64,000 bases of DNA from Phormidium sp. (lineage in GTDB: Bacteria; Cyanobacteriota; Cyanobacteriia; Cyanobacteriales; Aerosakkonemataceae). The notes under the pieces are model-generated. The model was not told where the DNA came from. It saw nothing but the letters and a program-made list of their open reading frames with translations, and ran no database searches. The stretch is from assembly GCA_051013385.1 (NCBI GenBank), contig CP143273.1, positions 1,472,001 to 1,536,000 on the forward strand. The letters are read 5' to 3'. The stretch's first letter is position 1. The number at the start of each line of letters is the position of its first letter. Below are positions 40,268 through 49,703 of this stretch, piece by piece. Made by a program: the position numbers and the translations under genes.

Positions 40268-42355
40268 ATGGAATCACTTTTGCACGTAGTTCAGCAGCCT
40301 ATTGTGCCGTTTGCGATTTTGCTTGCGGTAATTCTTACTGTACCTCCCTTATTTGAAAGATTGCGATTGCCGGGATTAGTTGGTTTACTAGCAGCAGGTG
40401 TTATCCTTGGCCCAAATGCTTTAAAAATATTGAGTACTAAACAACCAACTATGGAATTACTCTCAGACATTGGGTTAGTTTACCTGATGTTTGTTGCGGG
40501 TTTAGAAGTTGATATGGAACAGTTCCGCAAAACTAAATATCGTTCCGCAGGTTTTGGCACTTTTACTTTTATTGTGCCGTTAATTTTCGGCACAACTGTG
40601 GGGCGAGTTTTTGGTTTTGATTGGAATGCTTCCATTTTAATTGGTTCTCTGTTTGCTTCTCATACACTTTTGGCTTATCCAATTGTTAGCCGTCTTGGGG
40701 TAGTGGGAAACGAAGCGGTTACAGTGACAATTGGGGCGACAATTTTTACTGATATTGGTGCTTTGTTAGTATTAGCTGTTTGTATTGCTATTCATAAAGG
40801 TGAGTTTTCTGTAACTAATTTATTAACTTTGCTGATGATGTTAATTGTCTATTCTGCGATCGTCCTATTTGGCTTCGATTGGGCAGGAAGGCAATTTTTC
40901 CGGCGCACAGGTGACGATCAAGGAAATCAATTTTTATTTGTGTTGTTAGCAGTTTTTCTTGCTGCTTTGGGGGCAGAATTAATTGGGGTAGAAAAAATTG
41001 TCGGGGCTTTTTTGGCAGGTTTGGCGGTGAATGATGCGATCGGAGAAGGGCCTGTCAAAGAAAAGGTAATATTTGTTGGTAGTGTCCTATTTATTCCTGT
41101 TTTCTTCGTGGACATGGGATTACTAATTGATATTCCAGGTTTTCTGAAAAGTTTGTCATCAATTTGGTTAACATTAGCAATTGTTGTCGGGTTAATTACG
41201 AGTAAATTTTTAGCTGCTTTATTTGCTGCATTAGTCTATCGCTACAACAAGCAAGAAATGTTAACTATGTGGTCGTTATCTATGCCTCAAGTAGCGGCAA
41301 CTTTAGCAGCCACATTAGTAGGTTATCGAGCCGGAATACTGAGTGAAGCTGTATTGAATAGTGTTCTAGTTTTAATGTTAGTAACCGCTACTTTAGGGCC
41401 ACTAATTACTAGTAAAGTTGCTCCTGGTTTGCCTGTACAAGAAACTCTGGTCGAGCCTGTGAAACCCAAATCAGAAATCGAATCAGAAATAACAATAGAT
41501 AATAAACTTAGCTCTCGTTTTACTATTGTAGTGCCAGTAAGAAATCCGCAAACGGAAAGGTTTTTGATTGAAATAGCGGCAATATTGGCAAAGCATGAAG
41601 GTGGGAGAATTTTACCATTAGCTATTCCTCAAGCTCATGCTCAAATGGATGCTTCTGAGTTGGATCAAGCTCTTAAACGGAATCACATCTTACTTAACCG
41701 AGCAATGGAAATGAGTCGAGAATTAGGCGTGGAAGCGGAACCAATATTACGAATTGATGATGCTGTTCCTCAAGGAATTAGTCGTGCTAGTCGGGAAAAG
41801 AATGCTAATTTAATTGTCATGGGTTGGAGTAATCGCGCTAGTTTTCGGGCAAGATTATTTGGTAATGTGATTGATGGGGTTTTGTGGGCATCTCATTGTC
41901 CGGTGGCGATTACCCGTTTGCTGGATTCACCTAGTAAGATTGGGCGCATTTTGGTGCCAATGGAAAATTTTACTAATCAAGCGGTTAGGTTGATCAGATT
42001 TGCCAAAATTTTAGCTGATGCGAATCAGGCACAGATAACTTTGTTAAATGTTTGCGATCGCCGCACTACTGATACTAAAATTGCTTGGACAACTTCTCAG
42101 ATGAATTTGTTAGCTGATAAATGGATTCCTAACATTAATACTGAGGTTAAAGTCGTGGCTAATGATGATATCGTGAAAGCTGTACTTATGGCATCACAAC
42201 TTTCGGATTTAGTGGTTTTGCGATCGGAACGGCAACGCACTGCTGGAGGATTGGCAATGAGCAATATTACTACCGAAATAGTGCAACAACTTCATTGTTC
42301 ATTCGTGTTATTGGGAGAACCACAAAAAAATTATCGAGAAGTTGTTTCTTATTAA
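40268..42355 (+). CDS. cation:proton antiporter (CPA2) with C-terminal USP domains
   Basis: About 12 TM helices, FVAGLE, TIFTDI, GAFLAGL, then LIVMGW...FGNVID USP-like domain. Confidence 0.92.
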   Translation: MESLLHVVQQPIVPFAILLAVILTVPPLFERLRLPGLVGLLAAGVILGPNALKILSTKQPTMELLSDIGLVYLMFVAGLEVDMEQFRKTKYRSAGFGTFTFIVPLIFGTTVGRVFGFDWNASILIGSLFASHTLLAYPIVSRLGVVGNEAVTVTIGATIFTDIGALLVLAVCIAIHKGEFSVTNLLTLLMMLIVYSAIVLFGFDWAGRQFFRRTGDDQGNQFLFVLLAVFLAALGAELIGVEKIVGAFLAGLAVNDAIGEGPVKEKVIFVGSVLFIPVFFVDMGLLIDIPGFLKSLSSIWLTLAIVVGLITSKFLAALFAALVYRYNKQEMLTMWSLSMPQVAATLAATLVGYRAGILSEAVLNSVLVLMLVTATLGPLITSKVAPGLPVQETLVEPVKPKSEIESEITIDNKLSSRFTIVVPVRNPQTERFLIEIAAILAKHEGGRILPLAIPQAHAQMDASELDQALKRNHILLNRAMEMSRELGVEAEPILRIDDAVPQGISRASREKNANLIVMGWSNRASFRARLFGNVIDGVLWASHCPVAITRLLDSPSKIGRILVPMENFTNQAVRLIRFAKILADANQAQITLLNVCDRRTTDTKIAWTTSQMNLLADKWIPNINTEVKVVANDDIVKAVLMASQLSDLVVLRSERQRTAGGLAMSNITTEIVQQLHCSFVLLGEPQKNYREVVSY

Positions 42356-42474
42356 ATTTAAATTTTCCTAACCCAACATGGCGGAAATAATTATCCGATA
42401 AAAAAAGGCTAAAAACCCAACTGTAGAAGTTTTCTTACCTTCTGTCTTTCTCAGTGAGGAGCGAGTTGAAATGA

Positions 42475-42612
42475 TTAAATTTCTTGGGATTCTTCCATGA
42501 TTTCTATTATCACCCAACCGATGTAAGAGAGCGCCAATGCCAGTACAACGGAAACTAGATAGGCAAGTGCGAATGTTTGCAGCGCGGAAGAGAAGGAAAT
42601 GTATGGTGCCAT
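42475..42612 (-). CDS. 45-aa single-pass membrane protein (not in ORF track)
   Basis: AGGAGG 7 nt before ATG. Translates as MAPYISFSSALQTFALAYLVSVVLALALSYIGWVIIEIMEESQEI. Confidence 0.6.
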   Translation of the reverse strand: MAPYISFSSALQTFALAYLVSVVLALALSYIGWVIIEIMEESQEI

Positions 42613-42876
42613 AATTTGGCCTCCTGAACATTATGCTATTTCTAATATTCCCTCAATTGCGGTCTTTTTATCTACTGATTTATAGTGATTTATACTCTAT
42701 CTGTTGGTTGAGTTTGCTTAGTATTCGTAACAACTCCCATAAGCAAAACAAATTTAGGCCCAAAGTCTGAGTGCGATCGCTAACCCCAATCAACTAAACT
42801 AAATTTAGCTCTGCCATATTCATCTCTGCATACTCTCCTCTCCTGAGCAAATTAGTAAATTTAGATACTAAACAGC

Positions 42877-43227
42877 TTAATGAGTACGACGACAGGGATT
42901 TTGTAACAGTTTGCCGTCTCCATCCATACTAAAATCTTGTCCGGGAATTAAACCTTTGGCAATTAACTGTTTATAGTTAGTTACTGCAATTATTCTTTTA
43001 ATTTCGCTTTTAATCTCTTTCGGAATTAGATTTTCAGCACACCAGAAAAATAAATCTACATCAAACGATAACAAACGTTCCAAACTTACCAATACTACAC
43101 CAGCGACTTCTTCTAGGCCCAGTTGTGCTTTCAGAGTTACAATCAAGTCAGAAACAATCTCTCGATGACGAGTCATCATTGCTGTAGTCAACTTAGAAAT
43201 TTCTTCTTCTAACTGGAAATAATTCAT
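42877..43227 (-). CDS. hypothetical protein
   Basis: 116-aa ORF with LIAKGLIPGQDFS C-terminal motif and AAGG upstream. Confidence 0.7.
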   Translation of the reverse strand: MNYFQLEEEISKLTTAMMTRHREIVSDLIVTLKAQLGLEEVAGVVLVSLERLLSFDVDLFFWCAENLIPKEIKSEIKRIIAVTNYKQLIAKGLIPGQDFSMDGDGKLLQNPCRRTH

Positions 43228-43567
43228 GCCAACAACACCTTGTTATTTACTAAATGTACAGCTTGTTCGTTAACAATTACCGTTTTGCTAAGTATACCTA
43301 AAGGTGGATATAAATATACCGGAAGTGGGATGGCAGAATATAAATTTTTTTTCAATTTTTATCGCTAGTTGATTAAATCTTTGTCAAGATGAGATAGTTT
43401 GGTTACTCTGTGGGGTACTCTAGAATAAGTTCTGATCTACTGGCTTTACTGGAGATTGCTAGATTTTGTTGGGGGAATACAACATCGCTACAAGCTCTAG
43501 GAAGGTTCGATCGTAATAAAATAGATTCAAGACTTTCTCATCTCAATAGTTGAGTGTGGTAGCAATA

Positions 43568-44365
43568 ATGAAAGCTTTATCCTTGCTTGATGAAGTCGTA
43601 AAAAATTTAGAAGCACATCAAAATTCTTTACGTATTAGAAAACTCATTTACGCAATTTGTAAAAATAAGTGGGAAAATGATGCCAATAAGTTAAATAGTA
43701 TACAATTAAAAGAACTAATACAAGAATTGCAAATAGCAAATCCAACTTTAGATTATTTGAATTTTTCTTTAGATAAAGTAGTCAAAACCTTGAATAAACC
43801 AATGGAATATGCTTTAGTAGCTGATGCGATCGCGGAACAGATGACGAGGCTTTATCCAGATACAGAGGAAGCTACCCAACAAGTTGTCAAAAGCAATCCG
43901 GTGCCAGAATATGAAGAATATAAGGCTAATTTGGGCTGGGATGAACCGCCAATCAGTTACGATCCTTTTGAGTTGCGAGTGGAAATTATGAAATATACTA
44001 ATCCACTCCGGGCGAAGATTCTGGCATATTCGATCGTTTATCATATATTCGACTTTAGTTCTCAAGATTGGTTAAGCTTAAAAACCAAAGAATTAGAGGT
44101 TTTATTGCACAAGTTATTTGAGAGATGCAAAACTTTAAAAGACTTGGAATATAACCTGCAAACAGTAGCGAAAAACTTAACCCCAACAGATGAGCATACA
44201 CAAGCAGCAGGAGCAGTTTATCAAGCAATGAAACGGTACTATGCTAACCGGGAATCAAATCAGTATCAACCAGAAAACTTTGTGATGAATTTTGATAGCG
44301 ACATTACAGATGGGAAAGATGATGAAGATGATGGTGAAGAAACTTGTCAAATTCGCCCATCTTAA
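43568..44365 (+). CDS. hypothetical protein with two repeated helical domains and an acidic tail
   Basis: NSLRIRKLIYAI and NPLRAKILAYSI halves align by eye. Confidence 0.75.
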   Translation: MKALSLLDEVVKNLEAHQNSLRIRKLIYAICKNKWENDANKLNSIQLKELIQELQIANPTLDYLNFSLDKVVKTLNKPMEYALVADAIAEQMTRLYPDTEEATQQVVKSNPVPEYEEYKANLGWDEPPISYDPFELRVEIMKYTNPLRAKILAYSIVYHIFDFSSQDWLSLKTKELEVLLHKLFERCKTLKDLEYNLQTVAKNLTPTDEHTQAAGAVYQAMKRYYANRESNQYQPENFVMNFDSDITDGKDDEDDGEETCQIRPS

Positions 44366-44404
44366 AACTTGAGAAAATTTAGATGCACAATTAAACCAAC
44401 CAAT

Positions 44405-45397
44405 ATGAATCCTAACGAACTGTTAAAACGTTATGCCGCAGGTGAAACAAATTTTGTGGGAATTAATTTGCGGGGTGTCAATCTTTTTAATGCAGATTTG
44501 ATTGGCATAACTCTCACAGGTGCAGATTTAAATGGCGCTAATTTGATTTTTGCTTATTTGAGTCGGGCGCATTTACGCAAAGCTAATTTGATTCGCGCCA
44601 AACTGGATGGCGCAAACTTAAATCAGGCAAATTTAACTGCTGCTAACTTACACAATGCTGATTTACATGGCGCTAGTTTAAAAGGTGCTGATTTACGCAG
44701 TGCGGATATTACTTTAGCCAATCTTTTAGATGCTAATTTAATGGATGCAGATTTGCGGGGAACTAATTTAAGTGGTGCTAATTTAACTGGTGCTTGCTTG
44801 CGGGGGGCAAATTTTCGGGAAGAAAAGCGAATTTATACAGCGAATTTAATCGGTGCAAATTTACACAAAGCGGATTTAAGAGGGGCGAATTTAACAGGCG
44901 CTAATTTAGCGAAAGTAGATTTAAGCGGCGCTAATTTAACGGAAGCAACTTTAAGAGAAGCAGATTTAAGTGGGGCTAATTTAGCTGGGGCAAAATTGGG
45001 TAATTCTTATCTCAGCGATGCCAATTTGAGTGGGGCTAATTTAGCTGGTGCTTATATGCGAAATATCAAATTGGAACGGGCAAATTTAGCTGATGCAGAT
45101 TTGACAAATGTAGATTTACGGGAATCTTTGCTGACGGATGCTAAGATGAGTAGGGCAAAAATGAGTCGGGCAAATTTGACTCGCACGAGGTTAATTAAAG
45201 TGGATTTAAGTCGGGTAGATTTGCGGGAAGCTAACTTATCGGAAGCGGAATTAATTGAGGCTTATTTGGCAAGGGCTGACTTTTCTGGTGCGAATTTGCG
45301 AAAGGCGAATTTTGCTAGGGCGGAATTGAGTAGCGCTAATTTAATGGGTGCTGAATTACAAGGTGCTACTATGCCTGATGGTTCAATTCATGATTAG
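44405..45397 (+). CDS. pentapeptide repeat protein
   Basis: ELLKRYAAGETNF cap, A(D/N)Lxx repeats, GATMPDG end. Confidence 0.95.
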   Translation: MNPNELLKRYAAGETNFVGINLRGVNLFNADLIGITLTGADLNGANLIFAYLSRAHLRKANLIRAKLDGANLNQANLTAANLHNADLHGASLKGADLRSADITLANLLDANLMDADLRGTNLSGANLTGACLRGANFREEKRIYTANLIGANLHKADLRGANLTGANLAKVDLSGANLTEATLREADLSGANLAGAKLGNSYLSDANLSGANLAGAYMRNIKLERANLADADLTNVDLRESLLTDAKMSRAKMSRANLTRTRLIKVDLSRVDLREANLSEAELIEAYLARADFSGANLRKANFARAELSSANLMGAELQGATMPDGSIHD

Positions 45398-45506
45398 GAG
45401 ATTTTGTCAGTAAATAATTGGTAGCAATTTTCGCTTAGTTTCAGTAATTCCACAGTTCTGAAATGTTCTTTAGGTTTGCGAAAATCAATATATTGCAACA
45501 AGCTTA

Positions 45507-45573
45507 GTAAGGGCGGGTTTTGCTAATAATTTGTTGGTTTGGAGCCAGAAATAATGGCTAAACCCGCCCCTAC
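45507..45573. repeat. REP-like inverted repeat
   Basis: GTAAGGGCGGGTTT...AAACCCGCCCCTAC. Confidence 0.65.
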
Positions 45574-45615
45574 AAGAGGTGTATTAGACTATATTTACCT
45601 AAAGGATAGCTCAGA

Positions 45616-46893
45616 ATGGTTGGTAAAGATTTAGATTTATCTTCATTAGTTACCAGAATTGAAAACTTAGAACAACAGCAAAATGCTATCAAGCAATATC
45701 TGACAGAATTGAAAGGTGTTTTAGATAGTCTGAGTGAGGAATTCAAAAACAGACCTGAACTAGAACAGTTAGCAAGTTTACAAGCAGAAGTTGCCAATTT
45801 AGTAGCAGGAAATTTTTCTCAAGAACCTGTAATTAATCATAGTTCAAGTAACGAACAAAAACTAAACGTTCCTTCACAAAATCTATCTGATGAGGAGCTT
45901 TTAAATCAATTCTTCGATCGAGTTGAGCGACAAATACGAGAGGAAGAAAATAAAGCTACAAAGGTTCAACCTGCAAGTAATTCAAACGTTGCACCAGTTG
46001 CTAGTCCTATAAAAATTACTAATGTGGAATCAACCGAAAATCAAAATACTGGTGATTCTACTGAAGTTGAGGAAGAACCTACTTTCAGCGTTAAGGAACT
46101 TCTGAAGAGATATGACCAAGGAGAACGAAATTTTATAGGGGTTAATTTAGCGAAACTCGATTTCAGCGGAAAAAACCTCTATGAAATTAATCTAAATGAG
46201 GCTAATTTGCCAGGAATAAACCTTTGCGAAGCTGAACTAAGTTACGCAAATTTGGTTGAAGCTAACTTACAAGATGCCAATCTAAGTAAGGCAGTTTTAG
46301 ATTCTGCCAAACTCCTGAATGCTAATCTAAATAAAGCAAACTTAGAGGGAGCAAGACTATACCATGCCAACTTAACCACAGCAAATTTAAGTGGCTCAAG
46401 CTTAATTCAAGCAGACTTAACTTATGCTAACTTAACCACAGCAAATTTAAGTGGCTCAAACTTAATTCAAGCAGACTTAACTTATGCTAACTTAACCACA
46501 GCGGACTTAAAGGGAGCTAACTTAAATAGTGCTATCTTAAGCAATGCTAATCTGATGGGAGCAGATTTGAGTCAAGCGAAGTTAAAACACATAGATTTGT
46601 ATTCAGCTAACTTAATTGGCGCTAATTTAACGGGAGCAAATTTAATTGGAGCAAACATTGTAGAAGCTAACTTGAGTGGACAAAATTTGAGTGGTCTTAA
46701 TCTTTGTGGAGTTAATTTATCAGAAAGTAATTTGAGTGAAGCAGATTTAAGTTCAGCAGACTTGCGTGGCGCAAATTTAGAGGGTGCTAATTTAGAAAAA
46801 GCTAACCTCAAAGATGCGAAACTTAGTGGCGCAAATTTGGAAAACGCAAAGCTGGCAGGTGCTACAATGCCTGATGGTACAACTCATGAATAA
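45616..46893 (+). CDS. pentapeptide repeat protein with N-terminal coiled coil
   Basis: Heptad N-terminus, low-complexity linker, ELLKRYDQGERNF cap, repeats, GATMPDG. Confidence 0.93.
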   Translation: MVGKDLDLSSLVTRIENLEQQQNAIKQYLTELKGVLDSLSEEFKNRPELEQLASLQAEVANLVAGNFSQEPVINHSSSNEQKLNVPSQNLSDEELLNQFFDRVERQIREEENKATKVQPASNSNVAPVASPIKITNVESTENQNTGDSTEVEEEPTFSVKELLKRYDQGERNFIGVNLAKLDFSGKNLYEINLNEANLPGINLCEAELSYANLVEANLQDANLSKAVLDSAKLLNANLNKANLEGARLYHANLTTANLSGSSLIQADLTYANLTTANLSGSNLIQADLTYANLTTADLKGANLNSAILSNANLMGADLSQAKLKHIDLYSANLIGANLTGANLIGANIVEANLSGQNLSGLNLCGVNLSESNLSEADLSSADLRGANLEGANLEKANLKDAKLSGANLENAKLAGATMPDGTTHE

Positions 46894-46974
46894 AGGAATT
46901 TTTAATTGAAATTTGTTCGGTTTTTCAAGCTGATGAAGTTGTTACTTTGTTAGCTTTGATGCTTATCCGAAACC

Positions 46975-47487
46975 CTAGTTAGTCGCCTTAAAGCCATCAT
47001 GAAACACAATAACTCCCTTGGGAATTTTTTGGGTAAAGGGCAAAATCAGAAAAAATTCTTGGGGAATTCCTTCATAAATTAACTCTGGATAATTCTTGAA
47101 ACCAAAACGCTGGTAATAATTGGGATCTCCTACAAGGGCACAGCCTTGGGCTCCCATATTTTTTAACAAAGACAACCCTTCATTTATAAGCGCTTTCCCA
47201 ATCCCCTGCCTTTGATAATCCGGCAGTACTGAAATTGGGCCGAGTCCATACCAATCTGCGGTATCATCTGATATTGTTACTGGTGAAAAAGCAATATGAC
47301 CTACGACTTTGCGATCGATCTCCGCAACCAAAGAGATAGTCAGCGCACCAGCAGCACGCAAGGCGTGTATTATAAATTGCTCCGTATGGTTGCTAATCGG
47401 ATGATTTTTAAAAGCGGCTATTGTAACTTCTGTAATTACTTCAATATCCGTATCTGTTTCGTTTCTGATAATCACTTTAACCTCCAC
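46975..47487 (-). CDS. GNAT N-acetyltransferase (YhbS-like)
   Basis: VVGHIAFS, LGPISVLPDYQRQGIG, GDPNYYQRFGF. Confidence 0.92.
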   Translation of the reverse strand: MEVKVIIRNETDTDIEVITEVTIAAFKNHPISNHTEQFIIHALRAAGALTISLVAEIDRKVVGHIAFSPVTISDDTADWYGLGPISVLPDYQRQGIGKALINEGLSLLKNMGAQGCALVGDPNYYQRFGFKNYPELIYEGIPQEFFLILPFTQKIPKGVIVFHDGFKATN

Positions 47488-47582
47488 AAATCATTATATT
47501 ATTCATCTGATGGCTAACTAAGCTGACACACATCAGGCTAAGAGAGCGTTACACTAGGTTATTGGTAGACAAGCTGGGAATT

Positions 47583-49502
47583 ATGACTATTTTTACATTG
47601 CGATCGCTAAAAAAAGACTTCGGCATCAAAGAAATTCTCAAAGATGGCAGTTTTAGTTTAGATGAGGGTGATAAAGTTGGGCTAATTGGCACTAATGGTT
47701 CGGGAAAATCCACTTTATTGAAAATGATCGCAGGTTTAGAACCAATTGATAGTGGCGAAATTTGGGTTAATTCGGGTTCTAAAATTGTCTACCTACCTCA
47801 ACAGCCAGATTTAGATGAAAATCACACGGTTTTAGAGCAGGTTTTTGCTGATAGTGGCGAACAAATGGCGTTAGTGCGGGAATATGAAGAAATTTCCGAT
47901 AAACTTGCTCATGGACAGGTCGATCATGACAAATTAATGTCGCGTTTGTCTAGTGTTTCGCAACGCATGGAAGAGGTAGGCGCGTGGGAATTGGAAACGA
48001 ATGCGAAAGTGATTTTAAGTAAGTTGGGAATTGAAGATTTTGATGCAAAAGTTGGCGATTTGTCTGGCGGTTATCGGAAAAGAATTGCTTTAGCGACGGC
48101 GCTTTTATCGGAACCGGATGTGTTATTAATGGATGAACCAACGAACCATTTAGATGCACTTTCGGTGGAGTGGTTACAAAGTTATTTAAATCGGTTTCGC
48201 GGTGCTTTGTTGTTGATTACGCACGATCGCTATTTCTTGGATAAAGTAACTAATCGGATTATTGAGATCGATCGCGCTGACCTTTATACTTATTCTGGTA
48301 ACTACGCATATTATTTAGAGAAAAAAGCTGAATCTGAAGAATCAGCTATTAGTAGTCAGCGCAAACACGCAGGAGTTTTACGCCGGGAATTAGAATGGTT
48401 AAAAAGAGGGCCAAAAGCACGCAGTACGAAACAAAAAGCACGGATCGATCGCGTTCGAGAAATGCAAGCGCAAGAGTTCAAACAAACGCAAGGAAAAGTC
48501 GAAATCTCTACGGTTGGGCGACGAATTGGGAAGAAAGTAATTGAACTAAAAGAAATTTGCAAAAGTTATGGCGATCGCACTTTAATCAAAGATTTTACCT
48601 ATAATTTTAATCCCGAAGATCGCATCGGAATTATTGGAAGTAACGGCGCAGGAAAATCCACGTTAATGGATATAATTACCGGAAAAGTGCAACCAGATTC
48701 GGGAACTGTCGAAATTGGTTCAACGATTCACATTGGTTATTTCGATCAACACTCAGATGATGTAAATATAAACGAAGAACAACGAGTAATTGATTACTTA
48801 AAAAATATCGCTGAACTCGTGGAAACTTCCGATGGAAGTGTAATTACTGCTTCGCAAATGTTAGAGAGGTTTCTGTTTCCGCCGAATCAACAATATGCGC
48901 CAATTAGTAAACTTTCCGGTGGGGAAAGACGGCGCTTGTTTTTATTAAAAGTGTTGATGAGTGCGCCAAATGTGTTAATTTTAGATGAACCAACAAATGA
49001 TTTAGATGTGCAAACTTTAGGAGTTTTAGAAGATTATTTGGAAGATTTTAATGGTTGTGTAATTGTGGTTTCGCACGATCGCTATTTTCTCGATCGCACC
49101 GTTGACATGATTTTTGCTTTTGAAGCAGGGGGAAATTTACGTTTATATCCCGGAAATTATTCAGTTTATTTAGATTATAAAGCCGCCGCAGAAACCGACG
49201 AAAAAGAAACCAAAAAAACCAAAGAAGTTTCTGAGTCTAACAATCAAAAATCTAAAGACGAAACTCCAAAATCCGATCAACCTCGGAAACTCTCTTTTAA
49301 AGAAAAGCGAGAATACGAAGAACTAGAAAATAAAATTCCTGAAATGGAAGCCGAAAAAGAAGCAGTTGAAAAAACTCTTTACAACAATCCTCCCAGTGAT
49401 TTTAATGAAGTACAAAAGTTAACCGATAAGTTAGCGGAGTTGACGGAAGCGATCGATTCTGCTACTGAAAGATGGTTAGAATTAGCAGAAAGAGTAAGTT
49501 AA
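47583..49502 (+). CDS. ABC-F family ATPase (Uup-like)
   Basis: Two ABC domains (GTNGSGKS, GSNGAGKS, DEPTN x2), no TM, C-terminal KLSFKEKREY coiled coil. Confidence 0.93.
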   Translation: MTIFTLRSLKKDFGIKEILKDGSFSLDEGDKVGLIGTNGSGKSTLLKMIAGLEPIDSGEIWVNSGSKIVYLPQQPDLDENHTVLEQVFADSGEQMALVREYEEISDKLAHGQVDHDKLMSRLSSVSQRMEEVGAWELETNAKVILSKLGIEDFDAKVGDLSGGYRKRIALATALLSEPDVLLMDEPTNHLDALSVEWLQSYLNRFRGALLLITHDRYFLDKVTNRIIEIDRADLYTYSGNYAYYLEKKAESEESAISSQRKHAGVLRRELEWLKRGPKARSTKQKARIDRVREMQAQEFKQTQGKVEISTVGRRIGKKVIELKEICKSYGDRTLIKDFTYNFNPEDRIGIIGSNGAGKSTLMDIITGKVQPDSGTVEIGSTIHIGYFDQHSDDVNINEEQRVIDYLKNIAELVETSDGSVITASQMLERFLFPPNQQYAPISKLSGGERRRLFLLKVLMSAPNVLILDEPTNDLDVQTLGVLEDYLEDFNGCVIVVSHDRYFLDRTVDMIFAFEAGGNLRLYPGNYSVYLDYKAAAETDEKETKKTKEVSESNNQKSKDETPKSDQPRKLSFKEKREYEELENKIPEMEAEKEAVEKTLYNNPPSDFNEVQKLTDKLAELTEAIDSATERWLELAERVS

Positions 49503-49520
49503 TTGTTGGTTGTAAGGCTT

Positions 49521-49692
49521 TTTTTTGAACCGCAGAGACGCAGAGGACGCAGAGAGAAGAGAAGGAGGAGTTTATAATTTAAAAAAGAAACAACTGAAGT
49601 TGTTTCTACCAACTAACAATTCTCTTTCATTTCTGAAAGTAACCTCTCTAAACTCTTCCTCTGCGCTCTCTGCGTCTCTGCGGTTCAAAAAA
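49521..49692. repeat. long inverted repeat between convergent genes
   Basis: TTGAACCGCAGAGACGCAGAG...CTCTGCGTCTCTGCGGTTCAA. Confidence 0.8.
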
Positions 49693-49703
49693 TTTCCCAT
49701 TAT

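Noticed and set aside
42368..42631. 87-aa ORF
   Set aside because: No recognisable features. The 45-aa ORF in another frame has a perfect SD and a clear TM helix.
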